From positions 64,001-128,000 of IMG/VR virus record IMGVR_UViG_3300050343_000285: 64,000 bases of DNA; one strand, given 5' to 3'. Shown one piece after another: positions 19,462 to 30,241 of this stretch. A model generated the notes under the pieces. That model made no database searches, was not told the DNA's origin, and saw only the letters and a program-made list of their open reading frames with translations. Source of the stretch: a virus. How positions within the stretch are numbered: position 1 is the first letter of the stretch; each line of letters starts with the position of its first letter. The position numbers were made by a program, and so were the translations under genes.

Positions 19462-19793
19462 TTAAATTTTTGTTTAGGTTTTTTTATTCTAGACATACCA
19501 GTTGGCATAGGTTTCTTATCCACCTCATCTTTATATGAATTGTTTTTTTCGTATAAAGCTGATTTATGATCATCAGTCATTCTATCCCTATTTCTATTTG
19601 CTAAATCTCCTATGGTCTTTAATTCATCATCAGCCTTAATAACAGAGCCTGAAAGATTAGTAAAGTCATCTTGGTATGATCTTCTCATAGTAGCTTTGCA
19701 AGTACATTTAATAGTTTCTTTATAATTTGCAAGAGTAAAAAATAATTCTTTTTTTATTTTACACTTATCACAAATATAGGTATATGACGGCAA
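19452..19793 (-). CDS. FmdB-family zinc-ribbon protein
   Basis: (M)PSYTYICDKC..CTCKATMRR; TTG start. Confidence 0.75.
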   Translation of the reverse strand: MPSYTYICDKCKIKKELFFTLANYKETIKCTCKATMRRSYQDDFTNLSGSVIKADDELKTIGDLANRNRDRMTDDHKSALYEKNNSYKDEVDKKPMPTGMSRIKKPKQKFKWR

Positions 19794-19794
19794 C

Positions 19795-20211
19795 TTACTT
19801 TAAACTCCTATTAATATCTTTAAGTAATACTACACTTTCGTTTTTTAAAAAGGATAGATATTTATTAAAAATATTGTGATCCACTTCCTTAAATCGCCAC
19901 TCATCTTTACACACACTATCAATAAAATTATTAAGAGCTTTGTCTTTTAAGGGGGTGTGTAGCTGTCTTGGATCAAAAGCTTCTTGATTAGGATTACATT
20001 TTATATAATAGCTATAATTCTTTTTACGGTCTGTAATATGTTTAGTTTTTTTATTACAAGTTGCTCTGGCGTAAGCCTGTTCAACATCATCAGTTATAGG
20101 ATAGCCATCGCTATCGAACTCCTTTGCCTTAGCTAATGATGTGTATAGCTTGTCCTCTTTTGTTCCTATTTTATGATGTACTATATTAAACTGTTCTTTG
20201 TCTATTTTCAT
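19795..20211 (-). CDS. Hypothetical protein
   Basis: 138-aa ORF in the operon. Confidence 0.6.
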   Translation of the reverse strand: MKIDKEQFNIVHHKIGTKEDKLYTSLAKAKEFDSDGYPITDDVEQAYARATCNKKTKHITDRKKNYSYYIKCNPNQEAFDPRQLHTPLKDKALNNFIDSVCKDEWRFKEVDHNIFNKYLSFLKNESVVLLKDINRSLK

Positions 20212-20779
20212 TTTTACATTCCAAAGGTAAGAAGTCCGACCATTCAGATATATATCCTATATTAGTCATTGATTGGTACCAAGGCAAGAACCTATAATTA
20301 AAAGCTGGCTTTACAGGTTTAGATAATAGTTTCATATTTGCTTGCTCAGGAGTTTTATTACCCTTTTTTCTATTGCAAATATTACATGCTGTAACTATAT
20401 TTTCCCAAGAGGTTGCGGATTTATAACTATTCCATTTAGATTTTGGTATCACATGATCATATGTTAGATTCTGGGATAAAGATTTTTTACCACAATACTG
20501 ACATGTATTATTATCTCTTAAAAATAAATTTTTTCTAGTAAATTTTACACTGTTTTTATATGCTTTAATATATGAGTTTAATTTTATTATACTAGGTATT
20601 GAATAAAGTTTAGCACATCCTACGATTTTATCATTCTGATAATACTGAACAATATCAATCGCAGGATTTTTTTGTTGAAAAGTTTTAAAATACCAGTTAA
20701 TAGCCACTCTCCAATCTATGATTGAAACTGGACTATAATCTAAATTTAAAACTAAACAAGGCTTATGCTTTATTTTCAT
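20186..20779 (-). CDS. HNH endonuclease (McrA-like)
   Basis: CLVLNLDYSP; NLFLRDNNTCQYCG; TYDHVIPKS; WENIVTACNICNRKKG. Confidence 0.92.
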   Translation of the reverse strand: MKIKHKPCLVLNLDYSPVSIIDWRVAINWYFKTFQQKNPAIDIVQYYQNDKIVGCAKLYSIPSIIKLNSYIKAYKNSVKFTRKNLFLRDNNTCQYCGKKSLSQNLTYDHVIPKSKWNSYKSATSWENIVTACNICNRKKGNKTPEQANMKLLSKPVKPAFNYRFLPWYQSMTNIGYISEWSDFLPLECKNENRQRTV

Positions 20780-21496
20780 TTTTATTAATTTTATCTATAA
20801 TATTACCTATTATAGGATTTCGTAAAATGTCACTACATTCTAGAGACATTGTACCTACACCATCAACATCGGCTAAGATTTGAGATAGGTTGTAAAAACC
20901 TCCTCTTTGTTGAAACTGTAAATCAGATTGTGCTATATCCCCAGTAAAAACCATTTTACTATTCATACCTATCCTGGTTAATAGCATTTTAAGTTGGTCA
21001 TATGAAGCATTTTGACATTCATCTGCTACAATAAAAGAATTATGAAAACTTCTTCCTCTCATTAATCCTAGAGGAACAACTTCAATTTGTCTACTTACTT
21101 TTAAGTTTTGCATAACTATGCATTTGTAAAAAATAATTAATTTCATCAAAAATAGGTAGTAAATAAGGATGTAGTTTTTCTTCTGCTGTCCCGGCAAAAA
21201 ACCTAGTTTTTCTCCGGCTTCTACTACAGGTCTAGTTATAACAATTTTTTCTACTTTAAAATCAATGAAATATTCTAAAGCCATTCCTATAGCGATATGT
21301 GTGTTTTACCACTACCAGGAACACCTTGACAAAAGGTAACAGTATTTTCTGCTACAGTTCTTATATAGTCTTTTTGATTGATACTTCTTGGCTTTAACCT
21401 ATTTTTAAAACCAACAATATTTGATTCTTCATTAGGTGTTATGCTTATTTGTAGCATCTATACTTTTTCTTCTTGTTTACTTTTTCTTTTTCTCAA
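20763..21496 (-). CDS. phoH: PhoH-like ATPase (frameshifted in this sequence)
   Basis: KPRSINQKDYI, VTFCQGVPGSGK, KIVITRPVVEAGEKLGFLPG, VVPLGLMRGRSF, ADECQN, FTGDIAQSD; indels near 21120-21400. Confidence 0.85.
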
Positions 21497-21520
21497 AATG
21501 TATAACCTTTCAGGGTAAAG

Positions 21521-23726
21521 TTAAATTAGACATGCGCCACCAGCACAACTAATTTCCTCTATTCCTGTAGTATTGTCCTCTGTTTCTAGTAGTTGTGTAT
21601 AATCTACCTTACTAAAACTATTAAAAATCTGTATATATTTTCCAATTATATACATCTTTCATACAATAGGTAAGTCTTTTTATATCTTCGTTAAAGTATT
21701 TTTTTGCAAATCTCCTGCATTTTAATGCAAACAGTTTTTTATCATCATCCATCTTCATCTGATTCTTGATTTAGAGTCATATAGTCACAAGCAGCCCATA
21801 GATTATTATTAAATGCATTAAGACCTAATTCTATTAAACCTGAACACCATAAGCCAGCATCTCCATATTCTTTGACAATTTCTCTACTAGTGTAAACTGT
21901 GGTAAAAGGAGCTTGTGGATAATCTTTATCTCCACTTTGTGGGATAAGACTAATGCCAGCAAAAAACTTTCTGTTGTTGTAAATAAATTTTGTTACATCT
22001 TCCCATTCGTCTGGTTGTACTGTTACGGTATTACTTACATTATGACTAAAAAATCTTGAGTACACAAAGATCTATTTTTACCAGAATGTACCCAATTTGT
22101 TTGAGCATCTTTTACTACTCCCTAACATTTCTACTGCAGGTAATTGATTTTTTAATTTAGAGCCATCTGGAACCTCAATCGGAAATTTTACAACTTCATC
22201 AGTATCATTAGCAGACCAAGAAGATTTTTCACAAGCTTGTGGATTGTAACTTTTAAAATGTTGATATGGAGGTTCTAAAATATTTGCTTGTACATGTCTG
22301 ATATATCTTTTTGCATGATGAGGATGAATACCTGAACTAGTTCCTAGCATGCTACTGCTAGTACCTTCTGGCTTTAAACATGTAACTCTTGCTGCTTGAT
22401 TTATATCAATTTTTTTAGCAATTCTTTATTGTGTCTACAGCAATTTTAGCTCCTTTTTTAAGAACTTTTTCTGTTAAAACTAGGTCATGTTTTTCCATAA
22501 TTCCTGTTAAAGATACACCTAGTAAAGCTTCTCTTTCAAAGATAGAGTTAGTGATTTTACTCCTAGATATTCTAGATCAGTAAAACCAGCTTGTAAAGTA
22601 CCTATAATCGCAGCAGCTTTACATCTTTCATAAAAATCCTCTTCGTCTACTACAGATGAACAATTAATTGTAGATAAGATTACAACCTTGCCATCCAGAT
22701 TTGCCTGTTTTTTCATCTACAGGCCACATCCCTACTTCTACACACGGATTAAAAGTCATTTCTGTAGAATCGCTCCAGATAAAACCAGGCTCTCCAAACT
22801 CTTTAACGGATTCCATAAGAGTTTTGACAAAATCTTCATAAGTAGTATCATCCTTTAATAATAACGCAGAGTTATTACTTCTAGCTCTTTGTGGATTGTC
22901 TATATACCAATTACCTGTTTTTGCTTTCGCCATGTCTTCATCATTTGCGCTAAATAATGCTAACGACGCACTTCTACGAACACCACCAGATAATACAGCA
23001 TCGCTGCTGTGCATAATAATATCATAAGCATCGATTGGTCGTAAGTTTTTTTTGTTTGTTTTCAACGCAATTCTCCAATAATTCTCTAATTTTTTCTAAA
23101 CCTTTTTGCAGTGGTTCAAAACCTGGGGCTTTGCCAACTCCAGAAGATAATACTGCGCCCTTTTCTCTAATGTTTGAATAATCAAAAACAATATATTTAT
23201 CTTTATACTCTGAGAAATTTGATTCACTAGGTTTGTTAAAATATGAACTTAACAAAACACCCAAAGCATCTGCCCAGCCTTCAATACTATCTTCTATTTT
23301 ATATTTTACACCTTTTCTTTTGTCTTTTTTTTCTGTGACACAAGATTTGGTAGTTTTGCTACATGATGTTTTTGGACACTAAATCCAGTACCACTACCAC
23401 ACAACAATAAGCCAAAAACATTCTTGAAAAAATCTAAGTCTATCACAATATGAGCTGGTACAGTTGTAGATCTTAGCGTGACGCTTTAAAATTGGCTCTC
23501 CGCCAAACTGTAGCGCTCTTTGACTACCTAGTACTCTTTTTTTAAACATTAAGTCGTAGGCCCAGTCTATTTGATCAGAGATGCCTTTGTCGTGATATTG
23601 GGTATGCATCATGTTTTTAACACGGTCTACCGCTTCCTTCCAGGTTTCTCTACGATTTTCACTTTCTATCCAACGAGCATACTTACTAACAAATGTATAA
23701 TTTTGAAGCTCATTCAGTGCCGACAT
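21521..23726 (-). CDS. nrdJ: Class II (B12-dependent, monomeric RTPR-type) ribonucleotide reductase; several indels
   Basis: TFVSKYARW..RRETW, SQRALQFGG, IYNC, GGVRRSA, NPCVEV..QGCNL, TCLKPEGTSS, C-terminal SCAGGACLI; no small-subunit gene nearby. Confidence 0.88.
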
Positions 23727-23844
23727 GCTATCTCCTTAGAAATCTGAACCCTAAAAGAATTGAAATTAGTCCTAATAATATGATAACTCATAGTAGACAT
23801 AAATCAAGGGTTTTGGTTAAAGAATTGTTATTAATATTTTAGTA

Positions 23845-23851
23845 TACACCA
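23845..23851 (-). promoter_or_regulatory. TGGTGTA intergenic motif, copy 1
   Basis: TGGTGTATACTAAAAT just after the dcd stop, upstream of nrdJ. Confidence 0.4.
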
Positions 23852-23865
23852 CACAACTTAACGAA

Positions 23866-24327
23866 TCATATTTGAAAATTTTTGATCCAAGATAAATCCG
23901 CATCTACTCGAATAATTTTTATACCCGTTTGGTGTACGAATATATCAAAAAGTTTTTTCTGATTTTCGTCAAATAGTTTTGTTCCATGAGCGTTAGACAT
24001 AATTACTTTTGCAATACCAGCTTGCCATAAAGACATTATACAATCATTACAACACTGTCCTGTTACATAAGCTATTCCATCTGTAGGTTTGTGTGTGCAA
24101 TTAGATAGTGCATTTCTTTCAGCATGAATCATCCAGTGATATTTTTCTGGGCGAGATGTTGGTAGTATGTTATCATCCATACCTCTTGGAAATCCATTAT
24201 ATCCCGTACCTAAAATTAAATTGTCTTGATCTGTAATGATACAGCCATGTTGGGTATGAATATCATGGCTTCGTTGAGCAACAACTGTTGCTAATCCTAA
24301 AAAATAATTTGTCCAGCTAGGTCTCAT
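23866..24327 (-). CDS. dcd: dCMP deaminase
   Basis: HGCIIT..GTGYNGFPRG; IHAERNAL; CCNDC. Confidence 0.92.
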   Translation of the reverse strand: MRPSWTNYFLGLATVVAQRSHDIHTQHGCIITDQDNLILGTGYNGFPRGMDDNILPTSRPEKYHWMIHAERNALSNCTHKPTDGIAYVTGQCCNDCIMSLWQAGIAKVIMSNAHGTKLFDENQKKLFDIFVHQTGIKIIRVDADLSWIKNFQI

Positions 24328-24333
24328 GTATTT

Positions 24334-24362
24334 ATTATATAAGTGACTCGTTTATGTGTCAA
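24334..24362 (-). promoter_or_regulatory. Consensus sigma70 promoter, apparently giving a leaderless dcd mRNA
   Basis: TTGACA-N17-TATAAT followed by 6 nt and then ATG; no SD. Confidence 0.8.
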
Positions 24363-24364
24363 CT

Positions 24365-26101
24365 CTACTCTAAGAGCTTGCTATGTATAATACAGTATTT
24401 AAAATATTTTTTAAATTCTTCCAAGTGAATTTTTTCTGTATCGGGAGAGGTAAGATTATAAATTAATTTATTTGAGATGTAATTATGTTGTATAAAATTC
24501 CATATTTTAGAATTGTCAAGATCATTATTATAAAAATCTAGCAAAACACTATATAATAAATAATCGTATGGCATAGCTGATAATCTATGCTTTACATAGG
24601 TGGGTAACAACTGCTTACAAAAGTGTAACCATTGTTGTAAATTATTATTCCCCGTAGCATATAAACAAACTCCGCCATTTATATGTTGATTAGATAAATG
24701 ATGCATATTATATAAATTATTTTTATAGTTTTTAGAACCAGAAACCCAAAAATTACCAGAAAATAAACAATAGTTATATACATTAGTCAACCATTTTTGT
24801 CCAAAAAGAACATCACATTCTAACATTAGTGTAGTATTATAATTACATAATTTATGCATTGTTTCAAAAAAGCACCAATTTGGACCAGACATTCTGCCAT
24901 ATTCAGTAGACGGGCTCTCTGTTTTATAATGGTCATATTCTGGGGGTATATTTAGAGATAAAATATTTATTTTATTAAAGTATTGCTCCAGTATCGAGAT
25001 TTGTTTATCTGAAATCTGATATTGCGTAGCAATATTAAAGTCTAATAATTTAGCATATTCTTTGTCCTGATTATTTAGTGAGTCAGTCAGTCTATGTATA
25101 AAGATATCGAATCGACCATTTTCAATTTCTTTACCAGTTAATAATAGGGTTATATCTTCTAACTTATTGTCATATGGTTTTATATCATTTGTAGAGAGAT
25201 AATCTTGAATATTCAATAGTTTATAATCAATCATATCTTTTGAAAGGGGGTATTGCTGTCTTGACTTGATCTGTCTTTTATCTAAATGTATAGCGTTAAT
25301 ATTTTTATACAAATTAATGAAATTTAATCCACATTCTTTCTCAAGATAGTTTTTAAATAATCTATCACAGTTACCAATACCTAATTCAAAATTGATATAT
25401 TTAGGATCTATGACATCTATTTTGTCTTTAAAAATCCAACAATCTTGCGAATATATAGGGTTTGTTGGGTTGTTATAATCTTCGTACGTATCATGACTGT
25501 TTACGATATTCCCATTACTGTCAAGATCTTTACGAGTTATAGTATAAAATGTTTTTGGGGTAAAATATTTAGTAAATACATGCTCTAAAGTTTCATCAAA
25601 ATATATATCAGTATTAGATAATATTTTAATATATTCACTGTAGTGTTTTTGAGAATAAACCACCCAATCTGCATAGCTTAATCTTTTATCTATATAAGCC
25701 GTTTTTAACTTGGGGTGACCCATAAGATGGGACGGTATTATTGTGTCTTTACTCTCCATCATTAAACATATAGTTTCTATATATTGATTTTGAATATTAT
25801 TTTCCAGACATCGAATATTATTCAGCGTAGTTGTATTATCCTCTGGATTATACCAAGGAGTGAATAAAACGATCCTTTGTTCATCATTTTGTATCGAAAC
25901 AAGCTGATTATGAGATATTGTATTATTAATCATATCTCTATAAATCGGTTTATATTGACGATTTTCATTTTTTCCATACGAGACATAATGATTAATAGCG
26001 GCTTGTTCTGTTTTTAAGCCAGCTTGCATTAAGTCTGGATGGCTAGAAAGATAGAAACTCCAATCAAAATCTTTAGGTACATTAGAATTACTGACTTGCA
26101 T
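24365..26101 (-). CDS. Multidomain glycan-related protein (two GT-A-like domains)
   Basis: N-terminal FDWSFYL..HYVSYGKNENR module; ILSNTDIYFD and MLECDVLF DxD-like motifs; SQDCWIF. Confidence 0.55.
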   Translation of the reverse strand: MQVSNSNVPKDFDWSFYLSSHPDLMQAGLKTEQAAINHYVSYGKNENRQYKPIYRDMINNTISHNQLVSIQNDEQRIVLFTPWYNPEDNTTTLNNIRCLENNIQNQYIETICLMMESKDTIIPSHLMGHPKLKTAYIDKRLSYADWVVYSQKHYSEYIKILSNTDIYFDETLEHVFTKYFTPKTFYTITRKDLDSNGNIVNSHDTYEDYNNPTNPIYSQDCWIFKDKIDVIDPKYINFELGIGNCDRLFKNYLEKECGLNFINLYKNINAIHLDKRQIKSRQQYPLSKDMIDYKLLNIQDYLSTNDIKPYDNKLEDITLLLTGKEIENGRFDIFIHRLTDSLNNQDKEYAKLLDFNIATQYQISDKQISILEQYFNKINILSLNIPPEYDHYKTESPSTEYGRMSGPNWCFFETMHKLCNYNTTLMLECDVLFGQKWLTNVYNYCLFSGNFWVSGSKNYKNNLYNMHHLSNQHINGGVCLYATGNNNLQQWLHFCKQLLPTYVKHRLSAMPYDYLLYSVLLDFYNNDLDNSKIWNFIQHNYISNKLIYNLTSPDTEKIHLEEFKKYFKYCIIHSKLLE

Positions 26102-27056
26102 GTTCTATCATTTCGTTAATGAGTGTTTGCAGATTATATTCTTGAGTCCAACCCAGTTCTGTTTTAGCTGGTTCAGCAAAACCTCTGAGATAATTTAATT
26201 CTTCTGGCCTTTCATATCTAACATCTTTTTTAATATATTTGTTTGGGTCTAATGATAATTTTTCAAATACATATTCTAATATAAATTGTACAGAACAGGA
26301 CCTCCCCGTAGCTATAACGTAGTCTTTAGGAGCCTCCTGTTGTAGCATCAGATACATAGCTTTTACATAATCTTTAGCGTGTCCCCAATCTCTTTTGGCT
26401 TGCAAATTGCCTAGAGTTAAAGATTCAGATAATCCTTTTTTGATATTTACAGCACCTGTTACTATTTTGTTAGTCACAAAATTTACACCTCTTCTTGGAG
26501 ATTCATGATTAAATAAAATGCCAGAGCATATATACATATTATATGCATTTCTATAATTTTTACAAATATTGTATGCAAAAAGTTTTGAACATCCATATGG
26601 ACTCACAGGTTGCATTGGCGTTGTAATTCTTTGATAACCATCGCTATCTATTGAATTACCAAACATTTCTGAAGATGCAGCGTTATAAATCTTAGCGTTT
26701 GGAGCATTTTCTTTTGCTGATTCTAAAACATTAATTGTACCACCACAATTAACATCTGTGGTATATTTAGGTAAATCAAAAGATATTCTTACATGACTTT
26801 GTGCAGCTAAATGATATATTTCATTTGGTTGAGATATCTTAATAGCTCTATCTATAGAAGATCTATCTAAAAGATCTGCATATATAAGATTTATATTATT
26901 ATCTTGGTAAATTTTATTTATTCTGGTTGTTTGAGATTCGGGTACAGAATTCCGTCTTATTGTACCATATAACTCATAATTTAAACTATATAGGTATTCA
27001 ATTAAATATGATGCATCTTGACCATTAGCTCCAATTACAAGCGCTCTTTTTGACAT
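26088..27056 (-). CDS. gmd: GDP-mannose 4,6-dehydratase
   Basis: GANGQDASYL; LAAQSHVRISF; SPYGCSK; FNHESPRRG; RDWGHAKDYV. Confidence 0.97.
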   Translation of the reverse strand: MSKRALVIGANGQDASYLIEYLYSLNYELYGTIRRNSVPESQTTRINKIYQDNNINLIYADLLDRSSIDRAIKISQPNEIYHLAAQSHVRISFDLPKYTTDVNCGGTINVLESAKENAPNAKIYNAASSEMFGNSIDSDGYQRITTPMQPVSPYGCSKLFAYNICKNYRNAYNMYICSGILFNHESPRRGVNFVTNKIVTGAVNIKKGLSESLTLGNLQAKRDWGHAKDYVKAMYLMLQQEAPKDYVIATGRSCSVQFILEYVFEKLSLDPNKYIKKDVRYERPEELNYLRGFAEPAKTELGWTQEYNLQTLINEMIEHASQ

Positions 27057-27060
27057 ATAC

Positions 27061-28005
27061 CTATACTCTCTTATCCGCTTTAGCCGTTTTTTCAAACCAA
27101 TTAACCGTGTCCTGTAAACCTGTCAATAAATCTATTTTAGCTTTCCACCCTAAGCTGTTAATTTTTGACACATCTAAATATCGTTTGGGAGTACCGTTGG
27201 GATATTTTGTGTTCCATGTAATGTCTCCTTCATACCCAACTGATTGTTTAATATTTTCTGATAATGTTTTTATACTAGTCTCTATACCGCTACCCACATT
27301 AATAATATTAGGATTATTATAGTGATGCATTAGATAGAGGGCAGCATCTGCTAAATCGTCTACATGAAGAAATTCTCTAGTAGGACTTCCATCCCCATAA
27401 CATTCAACGGTAGGCATTTTATAATTTCTAGCATCTATAAATTTACGAATTAATGCTGGAATAACATGACATTCATCTAATTTAAAGTTGTCATAGTGCC
27501 CATATAAATTTGAAGGCATCAGGGATATAGTATTAAAACCATATTGCTCAGTGTACTTATGACACATTGTATAACCCGCTATTTTAGCTATAGCATATGC
27601 TATATTTGTTTCCTCAAGCTCTCCCGTAAGTAAGTCTGATTCTTTAATTGGTACTGAAGCTAGTTTGGGATAAATACATGCAGACCCAAGAAAGCATAAT
27701 TTAATAACACCAGTACTACAAGCTGTGTCTATTACGTTTGTTTGAATCAGAAGATTGTCTCTTATAAAATTTGCTGGGTGTTTTTTATTATGTGTAATAC
27801 CTCCTACTTTAGCAGCAGCTAAAAATACATATTCCGGATTATTTTTTTGGAAAAACTCTCTAACCTGACACTGATCAGTTAGATCTAACTCCTGTTTGGT
27901 TCTGACAATTATATTTTGATAGCCTTCTTGAGATAATTTTCTACAGATAGCTGAACCTACCATACCCTTATGTCCAGCGACATATATTTTACATTTTGTA
28001 TCCAT
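27061..28005 (-). CDS. fcl: GDP-L-fucose synthase
   Basis: VAGHKGMVGSAI; LAAAKVGGI; GSACIYP; YAIAKIAG; HVIPALI; REFLHVDD; GTPKR. Confidence 0.97.
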   Translation of the reverse strand: MDTKCKIYVAGHKGMVGSAICRKLSQEGYQNIIVRTKQELDLTDQCQVREFFQKNNPEYVFLAAAKVGGITHNKKHPANFIRDNLLIQTNVIDTACSTGVIKLCFLGSACIYPKLASVPIKESDLLTGELEETNIAYAIAKIAGYTMCHKYTEQYGFNTISLMPSNLYGHYDNFKLDECHVIPALIRKFIDARNYKMPTVECYGDGSPTREFLHVDDLADAALYLMHHYNNPNIINVGSGIETSIKTLSENIKQSVGYEGDITWNTKYPNGTPKRYLDVSKINSLGWKAKIDLLTGLQDTVNWFEKTAKADKRV

Positions 28006-28045
28006 AATATTTAAGCCATATCGTAAAAGTTTTTGCTACGGTTTT

Positions 28046-28074
28046 ATAATAGTTCTTAGCTTAATAATAAGCAA
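28046..28074 (-). promoter_or_regulatory. Sigma70-type promoter for fcl-gmd
   Basis: TTGCTT-N17-TATTAT on the minus strand. Confidence 0.55.
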
Positions 28075-28078
28075 TGTC

Positions 28079-29764
28079 TTATATATAAATTTTATCGCAT
28101 GTCAACTTATGAGGTATTAATCCTGATAAAATTCTTTCCCAAGTATGCGTTTTGGTGGCTCGGTGATTTTTGGTGTAGCCATATTCTAGACTTAGATGTT
28201 CTTCGGATAGATTAATTTTATATTTTTTAATAAAAGATTTAATAACACTAAGCTTATAGATAAACATTGTACCAGCAAAAAAATTAAAATTATAATTAGT
28301 ATTAATATTATAACGATTACAAAATTCATTCATTTTTGATTTATTAATATCATCCATTGGTACATTGTGGTCGATTAATCCTGCTATAGCTGAGTGACGT
28401 TGGTTTTCTAAAAGATAAAGAGAATAATCTAACTGATTTAATATTGAATCAAAACACATATGTCTAAATCCATGATGTGATTTTGAATGAAATTTTAAAA
28501 TATAATTATATTTATTGTTATCTAATATATATTTATCTAATATATATAAAAATGGGCCTATGTCTGCTCCAATATTTGGTATAACATATGAATCTATATT
28601 AGGTATAATATCTATAGAAGTTACAAATAAATCTATTCCTAATTTCTGAATTTTATCTATATATTTTTTAATATCATTTATGTAAACACCATTGAGGTTT
28701 CCGATATGTATATGGCAGGCTACTCCAGTATGCTTATCATTTTTGTACTGTAAGAATTTATCAATAATGCTACGACCAGTACAATTAACAATTTCTGGTT
28801 TTAAAACACAATGTTGAACATTCAGTCTTGATATTTTGTATAGCTTTTTGGATATTAGTGGAAATTCGTGTTTTTTAATAATATGTCTATAATCTAATAT
28901 ATCAAAAGAAAATAAATTTTGCCAAAATATTTCTTTATATAGATTAATATATAATAAACAGCTATAAGTTATATTATTCTCAAATAATAATTTGTTAATA
29001 TAAAAGCTTGTACGACTAGTGTTCTTAATTATACATTTTAATATTTTAAATGCTGTACGTCTTTTCATTATCATACAATCGGTATTAATACCATAATAGT
29101 ATTTATTATTATAAGTTATATTATATTTATCATGAATACTAAAAACATCAGCATTAGAATGCATTCCTTGTTTTATAAAATTCTGTAATGATGAGCATAT
29201 ACAATTATTATTATTTATATATAAGCAGTAATTATATTTTTTTATATATCTTATTAGATCATATGGTTTTGTTAGGGTCGTTATTTTATCTTTATATTTT
29301 TCATTTATAATCTTGCAAAAATTGATATGACCTAAAGTGATAATTTTAATATTCTCTGTATCGCTCAGAATATTATCAATAGAATTAATAGCTATAGCTA
29401 AGTCTACTTCACTATTTAAATATGCTACATATATACAGCACATATTATTAATATTTATTGAATGATTTAATAACTCGCAAGAAGTGTTTTTATCTTTAAA
29501 CCATTGATGATATGAGTTTTTACGCAATAGAAAGTATTGTATAGCCCTATATTCCGTATCAATACTAATATTATTCCAATTTAATTTACTAACAAATAGA
29601 CCATAGTCAAAATTATCATTAACTATACATCTATTGATAAACTTTCCTTCAAGCTTATTGTCTTCCCAAAAATTTTGAGACGTAGAAGAACAACCATAGT
29701 ATTGATTATAAAAATCTTGATCAAACACATTAAGGAATGTGTTGTGTATATCCTCTGAATCCAT
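28079..29764 (-). CDS. Glycan-synthesis protein with C-terminal RgpF (rhamnan synthesis F)-like domain
   Basis: CHIHIG..LFVT..NIGADIGPFL..ILKFHSKS..FFAGTMF..HTWERI. Confidence 0.75.
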   Translation of the reverse strand: MDSEDIHNTFLNVFDQDFYNQYYGCSSTSQNFWEDNKLEGKFINRCIVNDNFDYGLFVSKLNWNNISIDTEYRAIQYFLLRKNSYHQWFKDKNTSCELLNHSININNMCCIYVAYLNSEVDLAIAINSIDNILSDTENIKIITLGHINFCKIINEKYKDKITTLTKPYDLIRYIKKYNYCLYINNNNCICSSLQNFIKQGMHSNADVFSIHDKYNITYNNKYYYGINTDCMIMKRRTAFKILKCIIKNTSRTSFYINKLLFENNITYSCLLYINLYKEIFWQNLFSFDILDYRHIIKKHEFPLISKKLYKISRLNVQHCVLKPEIVNCTGRSIIDKFLQYKNDKHTGVACHIHIGNLNGVYINDIKKYIDKIQKLGIDLFVTSIDIIPNIDSYVIPNIGADIGPFLYILDKYILDNNKYNYILKFHSKSHHGFRHMCFDSILNQLDYSLYLLENQRHSAIAGLIDHNVPMDDINKSKMNEFCNRYNINTNYNFNFFAGTMFIYKLSVIKSFIKKYKINLSEEHLSLEYGYTKNHRATKTHTWERILSGLIPHKLTCDKIYI

Positions 29765-29773
29765 ATTATATTT

Positions 29774-29998
29774 TTATTTATTAACTAATTTATTATATAG
29801 CAATAAAGCTACACAAGAACCTCCTATGCCCATAAAAATGCCAGCTGGTTCAACAGCGGAATATGATCCTAACAAATAAAGTATAGCTCCACCCATATAG
29901 GAACCAGCAACACCTAGAGCGATTGTCCTAATAAAACCAAAATTTTCTTCCCCAGGTATAATTGCTTTAGCAATAGAACCTACGAAAATACCATACAC
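29774..29998 (-). CDS. GlsB/YeaQ/YmgE (transglycosylase-associated) membrane protein
   Basis: GIFVGSIAKAIIPG..GFIRTIALGVAGSYMGG..IGGSCVALLLY; N-terminus looks short. Confidence 0.85.
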   Translation of the reverse strand: MYGIFVGSIAKAIIPGEENFGFIRTIALGVAGSYMGGAILYLLGSYSAVEPAGIFMGIGGSCVALLLYNKLVNK

Positions 29999-30004
29999 TC
30001 ATAA

Positions 30005-30241
30005 TTATGGTTCACAGTATTGACAGTTGATTTTTGCTATTCCATCTCCGCTTAAATACCATCCCTTACCTTTACATACAGGACAGTCTTTTCTTTTATA
30101 TTTTTTTGTTACGTCTATTTTTTGACTAGCTGCTATTTTGGCTCCGATTAAAGTTACTACAGAAGTAGTACTATATTTTGAAACCGAAGCAAAGAGCATT
30201 GTACCGCCTAAAACAGTAGCAATTAATATTTTGCTGATCAT
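30005..30241 (-). CDS. Signal/TM-anchored small protein with DnaJ-type half zinc finger
   Basis: Hydrophobic N-terminus; CPVCKGKG..CQYC. Confidence 0.7.
   Translation of the reverse strand: MISKILIATVLGGTMLFASVSKYSTTSVVTLIGAKIAASQKIDVTKKYKRKDCPVCKGKGWYLSGDGIAKINCQYCEP

Noticed and set aside
23728-23800. Small hydrophobic peptide upstream of nrdJ (..ILLGLISILLGFRFLRR*)
   Set aside because: No in-frame start codon as sequenced; would need an indel correction that cannot be verified
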